A DNA stretch of 22,853 nucleotides from Hydrolagus colliei (lineage: Eukaryota), in the NCBI GenBank assembly GCA_035084275.1. It is one part of the record CM068769.1 of this genome. The stretch is one strand, 5' to 3'. Each line of letters begins with the position of its first letter. The first letter of the stretch is position 1. Made by a program: the position numbers and the translations under genes. Shown here piece after piece: positions 1 to 9,953 of the stretch. The notes under the pieces were generated by a model. That model ran no database searches. It was not told the origin of the DNA and worked only from the letters and a program-made list of their open reading frames with translations.

Positions 1-52
1 TCCGTCTATCCGTCTATCCGTCTATCCGTCTATCTGTCTATCTATCTATTTG

Positions 53-85
<33 letters not shown>

Positions 86-135
86 ATTTTTATATATACA
101 TCTATATATATCTGTATATCTGTATATATCTGTAT
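1..135. repeat. Compound microsatellite (TCCG/TCTA)n grading into TA-rich simple repeats
   Basis: Direct reading: tccgtcta/tcta tandem units followed by tatatc-like units. Confidence 0.9.
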
Positions 136-227
136 ATTACAAAATAGGTAGGAGGAGGTGCTCAGAGGAACTCCCACAGTGTGTGTATATGAGGTTAGAT
201 AATTCCTTTATTTGTGTTGATCCCGTT

Positions 228-450
228 CCTCACATCAAAAGCTCTCAGGAATCTCGCACCACCCTACCTTCGTGACTTCCTATCCCTCCTATCTCTTTAC
301 CAACCTGCCCGCTCCCTTCGTTCGGCTGAATCTGACCTGCTCTACGTCCCCAGACCGACCCTCCCAACCAATCGCTGGGGAACCTTCAACCACTCTGCCC
401 CCAACATCTGGAAATCCATCCCGAATTCATTCCGCCACAGTTTGTACTGA
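228..450 (+). mobile_element. L2-clade LINE ORF2 C-terminal fragment
   Basis: Translation LAPPYLRDFL...PARSLRSAESDLLYVPR...FNHSAPNIWKSIP resembles the conserved C-terminus of L2/CR1-group RT ORFs. A near-identical copy lies at about 21300-21531. Ends approximate. Confidence 0.75.
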
Positions 451-469
451 GAAGTGAATTGACTGTATG

Positions 470-545
470 CGCTACTATAGAAACGTGACAAGCCACTTCC
501 TCTATTTTGCAACCCTAGTACTTTACACATTGAACTGCAGTCACC
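470..545 (-). mobile_element. tRNA-derived SINE head remnant abutting the Va RSS (A-box side; B-box not seen)
   Basis: Minus strand GGTGACTGCAGTTCAATGTGTAAAGTACT. The paralogous copy ending at 21626 reads GGTGACTGCAGTCCAATGGTTAGAGTACT, which is tRNA D-arm/A-box-like. Confidence 0.55.
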
Positions 546-551
546 TTAGCA

Positions 552-590
552 TGTTTTTGTACAGGTCCTTCGTAAACACACATCACTGTG
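552..590 (-). other. 23-bp-spacer RSS of Va
   Basis: CACAGTG (590-584), 23-nt spacer (583-561), ACAAAAACA (560-552). Confidence 0.95.
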
Positions 591-864
591 CTCTGCGCAC
601 AGAAGTAAGTGGCGGAGTCAGACACTCGCACGTCTCCGATCGATAACGTGCTGTTTTTTCCAACAGTCAAAGCATTTATCCTGTCCTTCTGCTTCATCTC
701 TCTCGATCCCAACACCAAGTAAGTGATGGAGCCGTTTCCATGCTGTTTGTACCATTGAAACGCTGGGTTGGACACTGTGGTGCTGCACTTCATAATTACA
801 TTCCCATTTTCATTCTCTGTCAGAGCCTGAGGTCTCTGTGACACTTCACTTTCAGCCAAGACAC
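591..864 (-). CDS. TCR alpha/delta-type V exon Va (apparently functional)
   Basis: Acceptor ccccag|GT at 865/864. (C)VLAESEVSQRPQ...MKC...FQWYKQ...DSATYFCAQS has Cys23, Trp41 and Cys104, an open frame and a canonical RSS. Confidence 0.92.
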
Positions 865-976
865 CTGGGGACATAGAATATTCTTGGATAGCATTTCATA
901 AAATGTCTGCAATAAAATTTGTAATTATGTACCTGGCAAAACAGAATGCGTGTGTCCAATCTGATACTCTACTTAC

Positions 977-1034
977 ACAAAATTGTTGCAATTAAATAAA
1001 AAATTAGATAAGGTGCATTAAAATCCTGCTTCAT
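977..1034 (-). CDS. Leader exon of Va
   Basis: ATG at 1034, MKQDFNAPYLIFYLIATIL plus 1 nt (58 nt), donor GTAAGT at 976-971. Phase 1 matches the V exon; intron 112 bp. Confidence 0.85.
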
Positions 1035-1144
1035 TCTCAAGTCTTTTCTCTTCACGTCAAAATGTCTTATTGATGTACAGTGGGAAATCAGCTACAGGCT
1101 GATAAATGTTTGCAAATTTTTGTGGAACGCAGTTAGCTTTGTAG

Positions 1145-1195
1145 CTTATAAGTAGATTCTCAGTGACACCTTCACATACTTCTCACTTCCTGTAT
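1145..1195 (-). promoter_or_regulatory. Putative Va promoter elements (ETS motif, TATA-like box)
   Basis: ACAGGAAGTG on minus (1193-1184) and TATAA (1150-1146). The ttcctgtatgtt block recurs upstream of Vc (about 13372-13384). Confidence 0.5.
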
Positions 1196-1973
1196 GTTGG
1201 CTTCTGCAGAATTCATTCGCCAATTGGCTAGCCACTTACTGCTGGTTAGCGGAGGTTTGCATGTGTGTGAAGTTAGCAATCGTGACTTTTGTTTCTCCCA
1301 CGCTAATTGGTTCCCAATCAGGCGATAGTTTGGGCATATATACTTACTCCATACACATACACCTCATTTTAGTTTACAATAAGGAGGAAAACGCAGCTTA
1401 GTCCATTGGTGGTTCACTTTGCTGGGGATAATATTCCCCATCTCCAAAATGTTCTACATCAAAGGCAAGCAACACTAAAATAATCATTAATATTGATAGT
1501 ATAATTACTACCATTATTATTAATATCGCTGTCCAGTCACCTATGTAATTATTTGTACGCCTTGAAGCATGTAAACAATATAATTCTTCTGCACCTAAGT
1601 TTAATTAATTGTTGTCAGTTTTATCGTGTTCCCAATCTACACTGAAACAAACTAACTTACTGTAGTTACCAAAATCCAATGCAATTGTTAACAAAGTGAG
1701 ATCCGCTAGAATGCGGATGCTTATGTTGGAGAAAGGCAATAACATGAATATATGACATCCCTATTACTTTTCTAGCAAACTAAGCCTTGCGATTGTCATG
1801 GTTACGGTTTAGACAAATCTTTGAACATTTCAGCAGAAGCAGCAATATTACGTACGATTTAACCAATGTGGACTGTAACAGGAAGCACCTGTTATAGCTG
1901 TCAAGGCAGATTGACACAGAATGGAACGTGGCAAGCTATGTCAATTGCAGATGATGTTATATGTGTGTTTTGT

Positions 1974-1987
1974 CTGCCATCTGCTGG
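1974..1987 (-). promoter_or_regulatory. CTCF core motif
   Basis: Minus strand CCAGCAGATGGCAG is a full match to the CCASYAGRKGGCRS consensus. It lies in a block duplicated at about 16520-16990. Confidence 0.65.
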
Positions 1988-2559
1988 TGGACTGTACGAG
2001 CATAATTTAAAAGCAAGAGTTTTTTTGGGGGCCCTACATAACGTTCCTGCACCTATTGTCTCCAATGGAAATTGATAGCTTAGTTCCATTTACATGCTTT
2101 TTCCTCGTATTGTATGTGTTTTAATGGGACACTCGAATTCATTCTCTTCAAAGTCTCTTACTATGACATATCCCTGATAATTGTTTCTCCACTTTAATTC
2201 TATTCCTTGCTCTGATCCTGTAAACGTTGATTATATTTTGCTTCACCTTGAGCTGGCATTCACCGTTTACATGACAGCAGCACAATAGTTACATGTGTGT
2301 GGCACTATTGATTTGGCGATCATGTCACAATGCAGTGTATTTACTACTACATCAACAAAAGAATCACATTTGGGACGTCCTCCCGACGTGACAGGCGCTA
2401 TGTAAGTACAATCGTGTTGCTGTTGGTCACGTCGGATGGACGTCCGAAGCCGCTGACCAGTCAGCTTGGGAACTGAGCAATGGAGAGGGCAGGGTAGTGG
2501 GGAGGGTCGTGAGAGAGGTGACACTGGAGGGCGAGAGTTAGCAGCGAATGGACAGAGTG

Positions 2560-2900
2560 AGCAGGGCAGGAGAATGCACGGTCGAAGAGAAGCGACTTGA
2601 GACCGACATTGAAGGAAGCTGTGGAGGTAGGGAGGTAGTCAATCGAAGGGACTGTGGGAAGGAGATCCAGAGAGCAGCGAATGAGAATCCGTCCACCGAT
2701 AATAGGGCGGGTCAGGCGGGGGACAAGGAGCAGATCGGATCCCGCTGAACGGAGGGGGAGTGGAGGTTAATAGTAGGACAGCAGATCGGAGAGTTGGTGG
2801 TGGGTACGGGTGGCGAGGGGTTGGATCGCGGGGATGGCAAGGCCGTGAATGGCCTTAAAGGTGTGGAGGAGGAGTTTGAATTCGAAAACTGCATCAGAAT
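2560..2900 (-). mobile_element. Degenerate L2 LINE 3' fragment
   Basis: Minus strand translates FEFKLLLHTFKAIHGLA, then frameshifted RSA...LLVPR-like sequence, ending in ccttcaatgtcggtctcaag...cttcgacc, which is shared with 6830-6970. Ends approximate. Confidence 0.65.
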
Positions 2901-2946
2901 TGATAAACAATCTGCATTTTTATTTTTGTCACGTAAATAATAAACT

Positions 2947-3493
2947 TTGTCCTCAATTCCTATTGCCTCATGGACCAACACAATCATTTTAATTGGAGAT
3001 ACAACTGTCCGAGGTATAGATCTGCGTTTTTGTGAACGGAAACGCGAATCTCGGAAGGTGTGTTGCCTACCAGGTGCCAGGGTTGAAGACTTGACTGAGC
3101 GGGTGCATGAAATTCTGCTAGGGGAAGGGGAAAATCCACTTGTGGTGGTCCATGTTGGGACCCATGAAGTTGAGAGGAAAAGACCTGAGATGCTCTAGGG
3201 AGAGTACCAGAGACTATGGAGTAAACTGAAAAATGGAACTTCGAGAGTGGTGATCTCTGGGTTGCTTCCAGTGCTTCGAGCAAGCCAGTTCCAGAATGCT
3301 AGAATAAGGCACATCAATGCATGGCTGGAGAAGTGGTGTAGGAAGGAGGGTTTCTGGTTCCTAGACCATTGGGACCAATTCTGGGGTAGGTGGAACCTGT
3401 ACAAAATGGATGGGTTACACCTGAACAGGGCTGGAACCAATCTCCTTGCAGGGAGGTTGTCGAGTTTTGTGGGGGGGGGGGGCTTTAAACTAA
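2947..3493 (+). pseudogene. CR1 ORF1 C-terminal SGNH/GDSL esterase-like domain, disrupted
   Basis: IGDTTVRG...CCLPGARVED...VVVHVGTHE...DGLHLNRAG motifs; premature TAG at 3196-3198; expected TTAAACTAA end at 3485-3493. Confidence 0.8.
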
Positions 3494-6492
3494 TCCCGGG
3501 GGGTGAGGGTGGGAAACTGATCAGTTGTTCAAATACGGGAGGGGTAATAAAGAGGACAGGGGTAAAGGTAAGACGGGAGAAAAATGCAGAGGAAGTAATT
3601 TGTGCCTTAGAGTGCATGTATGTAAATGCACGAAGTTTGAGAAATAAAATTGGTGAGCTGCAGGCTCAGATTGCTGCGAGGCGATATGATGTTATAGCAG
3701 TAACAGAGACTTGGCTCCAGCATGGGCAGGAATGGGAGTTGAACATTCCTGGTTATAATGTATTCAGGAGGGATAGAGAAGGGAGAAAAGGGGGCGGGGT
3801 GGCAATTTTAGTTAAGGACTCAGTGACTGCCTTAGAAAGGAACGAGGTGGAAGAAGGACTAAAAACCGAATCTATCTGGTTAGAAATGAGGAATAAAAAA
3901 GGTGCAGTTACACTGTTAGGGGTATACGATAGACCACCAAATAGTGGCGAGGAGATAGACAAGCAGATCTGCAAGCGTATCACGGAGAAATGCAGAGCTA
4001 ATAGAGTAGTGATAATGGGTGACTTCAACTATCCCAACATAGACTGGCAGAATAGTAGAGTAAACGGCAAGGAGGGAGAAGAATTCCTGAAGTGTGTGCA
4101 GGACAACTTTCTTGATCAGTATGTTTCCAGTCCAACGAGGAAAGAAGCATTGCTGGATCTAGTTTGGGGAAACGAGGTAGGGCAAGTTCAACAGGTTTCT
4201 GTAGGTGAGCATCTTGGGAATAGTGACCACAATATCGTTAGATTCTGAATAATTATGGAAAGAGATAAGGAACAATCACAGGTGAGGACACTCAACTGGG
4301 AAAGGGCTAATTTCAATGAGTTGAGGTGGGACCTAGCCAAGGTGGATTGGAAAGAAAAATTGGCAGGTAAGGCAACTAACGAGCAGTGGGCAGCGTTCAA
4401 AGAGGAGATAGTTCAGGCACAGGTCAAAAGCATCCCCACAAAGGTGAAATGTAAGGCATCCAAACATCCCTGGATGACTAAGGAAATCGAGGCCAAAATA
4501 AAACAAAAAAAAGAGGCTTATGATACGTGTCAGGCTCAAAATTCAGAAGGGAACAAAGCAGAATATAGGAAGTGTAGGATAGAACTAAAAAAGGAAGTTA
4601 GAGGGGCAAAGAGACTGCATGAAAAACAATTACCGAGTAAGATTAAGGGGAACCCTAAGGTTTTTTACCAACATATTAAGAGTAAAAGGTTGGTCAATGA
4701 GAGGGTGGGGCCAATTAGGGACCTAGGAGGAAATCTCATTGTGGAGGCAGAGGGCATGGCTGATAAACTGAATGAGTACTTCGCCTCTGTCTTCACAAAA
4801 GAAAATGATACAGCCAATGCCATGGTATTAGAGGAGAGGGTAGGAGAAATGGACAGAATAATTATAACCAGAGAGGAGGTGCTAAAAAGGTTGAGGTCGC
4901 TCAAGGTGGATAAGTCACCTGGTCCGGATGGGATGCACCCTAGGTTACTAAGTGAGGCACGGGAGCAAATAGCAGGGACTCTGGCCACGATCTTTCAATC
5001 TTCCTTGGACACAGGTGTCGTGCCAGAGGACTGGAGGATAGCGAATGTTACTCCCTTGTATAAAAAGGGGCAGAAGGACAAGCCTGGTAACTACAGACCA
5101 GTCAGTCTAACGTCGGTAGTGGGCAAACTTCTAGAGTCCATAATCAGGGACAAGGTAGATCTTCACTTAGAAAGATATAGGCTAATAAAGGACAGTCAAC
5201 ATGGATTTGTTAAAGGCAAATCTTACCTTACAAATCTGATAGAATTTTTTGATGAGGTAACGGAATGGGTGGATAATGGTAGCGCAGTTGATGTAGTTTA
5301 CATGGACTTTCAAAAGGCATTTGACAAAGTGCCACATGAGAGACTTATTATGAAATTAAAGGCCCATGGCGTAAAAGGGACAGCGGCAGCGTGGATCCAC
5401 AACTGGCTGCGAGACAGAAAGCAGAGAGTTGTAGTGAGCGGCTGTTTTTCAGATTGGAGGGAAGTGAGCAGTGGTGTGCCACAGGGATCGGTTTTGGGAC
5501 CATTGCTGTTTGTAATCTACATCAATGATCTGGACATGGGTGTACGGAGTACAGTTTCCAAGTTTGCAGATGACACTAAGTTAGGGAGAATAGTAAACAG
5601 TGAGGAGGATAGTAGCCATCTGCAAGAGGATATAGACAAATTGGTAAAGTGGGCAGACACATGGCAGATGAAGTTTAATGCAGAGAAGTGTGAGGTGATG
5701 CATTTTGGGAGAAGAAATGAAGGGAGGCAATATAGGCTAGATAGTACAATTTTAAATGGTGTAAAGGAACAGAGAGACCTGGGAATTTGTGTTAGTGACT
5801 CGTTGAAGGTGGAAGGACAGGTAGACAAGGCTGTTAAGATGGCATATGGGATACTAGGCTTTATAAATAGGGGTATAGAGTACAAAAGTCAGGAAGTGCT
5901 GACTAACCTCTATATGACTTTGGTGAGGCCTCAGCTGGAATACTGTGCTCAATTCTGGTCACCACACTACAGAAAGGATGTGAAGGCATTGGAAAGGGTA
6001 AAACGAAGATTTACTAGGATGGTGCCAGGATTGAGGGACTTCAGCTATGAGGAGAGGCTAGATAGGCTAGGGTTATTCTCTCTCGAGCAGAGAAGATTGA
6101 GGGGAGACCTAATAGAAGTTTATAAGATCATGAGGGGTTTCGACAGGGCAAATAGAGAAAAACTATTTACACTCGTGGGTGAATCTGTGACTCGTGGTCA
6201 CAGATTTAAAATAGTTTCAAGGCGAAGTAGAGGGGAGCTGAGGAGAAATTTTTTCACTCAGCGAGTTGTTCGAATCTGGAATGCATTGCCTGAAAAGGTG
6301 GTGGAGGCTGATTCGATAACAACTTTTAAAAGGGAATTAGATCTTTATTTAGAGAGAACGGGTCTATTAGGCTATGGGGAGCGGGCAGGGCAGTGGGATT
6401 GAATCGCTCTTTTCAAAGAGCCGGCACAGACTAGATGGGACGAATGGCCTCCTTTTGTGCCGTAAAATTCTATGATTCTATGATTCTATGAT
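2985..6492 (+). mobile_element. CR1-clade LINE, 5'-truncated, nearly intact coding sequence but inactivated
   Basis: ORF1 esterase remnant, APE-RT ORF2, 3' UTR with ggcaca...tgtgcc inverted repeat, and three ATTCTATG tail units (6467-6490) typical of CR1. 5' boundary approximate; no target-site duplication recognised. Confidence 0.93.
3616..6402 (+). pseudogene. CR1 ORF2: AP endonuclease plus reverse transcriptase, one in-frame stop
   Basis: YVNARSLRNK, TETWL, MGDFN and SDHN endonuclease motifs; TGA at 4246-4248; the frame continues 4255-6402 with YRPVSLTS, QHGF, GVPQGSVLGP and FADD. Confidence 0.92.
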
Positions 6493-6829
6493 ATCCTGCA
6501 TTATATTGCTCAGAGCTCTCGTTTCTCAAGTTCATTTCTCTGGCATGGCTAACCATAGCTAAATTGCAATGCAACCTTTGCCTCAAGCAGTAAGTAGAAA
6601 TTATTTGTGTAAAGCAGCAAGTAGAATTTTTTTCCTGGAGCAATTATCCCTTCAGCAATCAATCAATTGCTGCGACGCCCACAATAAACTAGACACTAAT
6701 GCAGTTACTAAATCCAAGATTATTCTTGTAAAACTGCTCTACACAGTTGGCTGGTATGGTTCTACCCTGAGTTATACAGCCAATCCATTTCTTCAATGTA
6801 ATACACTTGAAGACATTTGAGACGTCTTG

Positions 6830-6970
6830 AATAGGTGGTCACCTGCCTCTGCTCTCTGGAACTCCATCCCTCAATCCCTTGGCCTCGCTTCCTCCCTTTC
6901 CTCCTTCAATGCCGGTCTCAAGAACTTCCCCTTCGACCTTGCCTTCTGCTCCCATCCTAGCTCTTCACCC
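6830..6970 (+). mobile_element. L2 LINE 3' fragment
   Basis: SPASALWNSIPQSLGLASSLSSFNAGLKNFPFDLAF resembles the L2 ORF2 terminus; similar to the 2560-2700 region on the opposite strand. Confidence 0.65.
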
Positions 6971-7419
6971 TTTCCTACTATCTTTCTCCCTACCCGACAC
7001 TTGCCTCCACCCCCACTCGGTCCCCGACTTAACGTTTCAGCACCAAGGGACGTTCTGCCGACCTCAATGGCGCTATTTTCTTATAATGTTGTTGTTTTTC
7101 TTGTGATAAAGAACGATACGACATGCAACGATTATTAACATGATACTTTTGTAAAAAGAATAAATAAGGTATTACAAAATCTATTTTTTGAAATATCTTA
7201 CGGCAAAGCAAATCGAGCGTTATTGAAAGCATAGACCACATCTCCCACATAATCATTGTGATCCTTTGTCTGACATTAACTCTCTAGCTCACGGTTGCTC
7301 ATTGTGAATGTTGATGAAATGGAGAGACTTGCAGACATTGCTCCTCCCACACGGAGCCTCGCTTACCCAATCACTGCTCCGACCATGCAAAGTCACGCCG
7401 AGAAAGTCATTATACCAAA

Positions 7420-7930
7420 CACACAGAGCCCCGCCCACTCAGACACTTCCCCGCCCACACAGCGCCCCGCCCATCAGTCACTGCCATGCGCAAAAAGCGC
7501 CCCGCCCACTCAGTCACTGCCCCACCTACAAAGAATACAGCCTACCAAGCAACTTCACCGCCCACACAGAGTCCCGCCCACTCAGTAACAGCCCCGCCTA
7601 CACAGAGCCCCGCCCACTGAGTCGCTACCACGCGTACACAGAGTCCAGCCTACTAAGCAACTTCCCTTCCCACACAAAGACCCTCCCACACAAAGCCCCG
7701 CCCACCTAAAACCTCGCCCACCCTCTCACTGCCAGATGCAGAGAAAGCCCCTCCCACCGAGAGCCACGCCCACAGTATCTGCGCCGCGATCACGTAGCGC
7801 CGCACACCCAGACAGGGCCACGCCCTCACATAGCCCCGCCCACACAGACAAGGCCACGCCCTCACAGACCCCCGGCAACAGACTCGGTTCCTCACAGGTC
7901 CTGCCCAATAAATTGCTGCCACGCCCACAA
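7420..7930. repeat. Degenerate GC-box minisatellite array (C-rich plus strand)
   Basis: Nine CCGCCC and four CCACGCCC cores counted, often in a cacagagccccgcccac unit. Confidence 0.85.
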
Positions 7931-8590
7931 TACGTTGAGCGCCTTCTGTTGTTTCCTCAGACCTGACTAACACCAATTGCAGTTTTTTGCGAAATCTCCG
8001 GTTTATTGACACGTCCTCTCCTCTCCGCTGCCCCGGGTTCTCTTCGTTTTCCTTGCCATGTCTCCCTCCATATCTGTCAGAGCAGCCTCTCCTTCGCAAC
8101 ACGCTACATTGATTAAAAATTAAATAATTATTAATGTTGAATTATATGTAGCGTATTTTTACGAATTTGTATCGCCTGATTTGCAGCACAGAATATGCTG
8201 TCTAGTGAATTCCAATGTATTATTGAGTAGGAAACTCGGCAGCCAATTTTTTACAGCAATCAACCGTGGATTGAGTATTCAATTATTTTTCTAATTTGTT
8301 GAAGGGTTGATTTCCCTAGGACATCACAGCTGCCAATCGACTCAAAGTATTCGAGTGGACAATTTATTATTAATAATCTTTTTATACAGCGAATAAAGGA
8401 ACCGTATTCCTACTTACCGCTGGTAATCTTGCCTACAGTAACCCCCCACCGCCCCCCTACCCAAGAATCAAAATCAGTTTCTCTCGCTTGTGAGACGAGG
8501 ACGTTTATCACTCGACTACATTTGTCCAGTATTTGTTCAAGTTTAGCTGGCAATCCGGTAGGAACATATCTGAGCCAAACGGGACCTCAT

Positions 8591-8636
8591 CTGGAATAAA
8601 GGTTGCCAGCATTAGACAGACAGCAAAAAGCCCCAT
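8591..8636 (-). pseudogene. Orphan V leader exon with mutated splice donor
   Basis: ATG GGG CTT TTT GCT GTC TGT CTA ATG CTG GCA ACC TTT ATT CCA G = MGLFAVCLMLATFIP plus 1 nt (46 nt, same length and phase as the Vd and Vf leaders), followed by ATGAGG instead of GTGAGG. Confidence 0.6.
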
Positions 8637-8725
8637 TGTTGGTCTCCAGCCTCTGTGGTTATGTCTGTGGCCTCAGCTGGATGATATCGCCCTATGCCTT
8701 GTCGACATTGGTAGAGCCCATCCAC

Positions 8726-8747
8726 TCACGTCATCTCATTGACGTCT
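8726..8747. promoter_or_regulatory. Inverted pair of CRE-like sites upstream of the orphan leader
   Basis: ACGTCA (8728-8733), 6 nt, TGACGT (8740-8745); about 90 bp 5' of the orphan ATG. Confidence 0.45.
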
Positions 8748-9844
8748 CACACACTTTACACACGAACAATGACCTAATGCTTTCACACAGCGCCAGCGCC
8801 TGGAGAGGGGAATCCTTCCACTCTGATCCAGATTACAAAGCAAACCAAAGCCTGAACGTGAAGGCTGGCCATGTTAATAATATCATCACAATCTTTCCAG
8901 TTCTTATAGCGCCTTTTTTTTTTGTGGTCCAGACATCACAAAACGCAGTGGAGTCAATTAACTCTATGTTGTGAGCGAATTGCCAGACAATTGATGCACA
9001 GCAGTGTCTGGTGAACAATCATGGATCCAGCGTTGTCAACCAAATGGCCACATTATCGCCATGTTTATCGTGAAGGAATTACTTCATGTGGAAATGGGTG
9101 TGCAACTAACGCTAGATAAACAAACTTCTGTAGGGGACGGAAACTTGACCCACAATTTCCCTTCTGGAAATCGAACCCAGGATACTCAATTGCGGGTCAA
9201 GTGCTTTTTTAAGCTCCCATTGGGTAAGAGGTTTTGCTTTGCTTGTTTCCCTCATGGGATCATCGAGCTGATTGTTTGACTGTTAGATCATAAGTCAATG
9301 TGATGTTCACATCGTGGCTTTGTCTCCTATCCAACAGGAAAGCGCTGCTGCCAACTCTGTAGAGATACAAATACCAATCCATTGGACACTATTCGTTTGC
9401 GTAGTAGTTTCTCACTGTTACCGAGGCTGATGTGGTTGTACAGTATTGTACAGCGTTAAAGGAACATTAGCTTATTGTCGACAACAGAATCGAATACATT
9501 GTTTCTTGTACCGAAGTGAGATCCATCAAATGGCAGCTGCTGTTTGGGAGACAAAATGAGTAATAAAAAGGGAGAGATCAATTATTTTTTGAAAGCAATA
9601 GATTAGTCCTGCTTGAGAAATAGAGGTAAAGTTGTGATTGGATCAGATTATGAGCAAGAATGGTGATTGCCAGAGCATTGAACTGTTTCTTCAAGTCGTG
9701 GATCTACCTGTCCATGTCAGAAACAAGTGTGAATATTTTTGAATATTGTCCCAGTGAACTGATATGCCAAGCGACCACCAAAGTATGTTGCTTGCTGTTA
9801 ATACAGAGGCATGTGTATTAACGAACGGATATTTTGTTCTGCCA

Positions 9845-9905
9845 TGACTGAACACAGGTGCTCTCACTTGTAAGGCAACTGCTGTAACCACTGAGATTCA
9901 GGTCT
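9845..9905 (-). mobile_element. tRNA-derived SINE head abutting the Vb RSS
   Basis: Minus strand CTGAATCTCAGTGGTTACAGCAGTTGCCTTACAAGTGAGAGCACCTGTGTTCAGTC: A-box-like, anticodon-arm-like and degenerate B-box segments. Confidence 0.6.
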
Positions 9906-9914
9906 CAGTCTGTG

Positions 9915-9953
9915 AGTTTGTGTATGGCAGAAACGCTGATCTGTGCCTTTGTG
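9915..9953 (-). other. 23-bp-spacer RSS of Vb (non-canonical heptamer)
   Basis: CACAAAG (9953-9947), 23 nt, ACACAAACT (9923-9915). Confidence 0.8.

Noticed and set aside
1255-1262. Ig octamer-like GTTTGCAT upstream of Va
   Set aside because: One mismatch and not conserved upstream of the paralogue Vc.
2984-5885. Minus-strand ORFs of 68-140 aa inside the CR1, and 21596-21862
   Set aside because: Antisense shadows of the LINE coding frame.
7458-7498. Plus-strand cryptic RSS CACAGCG...GCAAAAAGC
   Set aside because: The spacer is 25 nt, outside the 12 or 23 plus/minus 1 rule.
7295-8102. Pro/Ser/Thr-rich and Gly/Arg-rich ORFs over the GC-box array
   Set aside because: Open frames are explained by the low-complexity C-rich repeat; no domain signature or convincing exon structure.
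7950-8103. Possible degenerate V exon (ACCEG... and GEDVSIN... motifs)
   Set aside because: The motifs lie in different frames at the wrong spacing, with no WYxQ, YxC or RSS. Mentioned only as a candidate under the orphan-leader finding.
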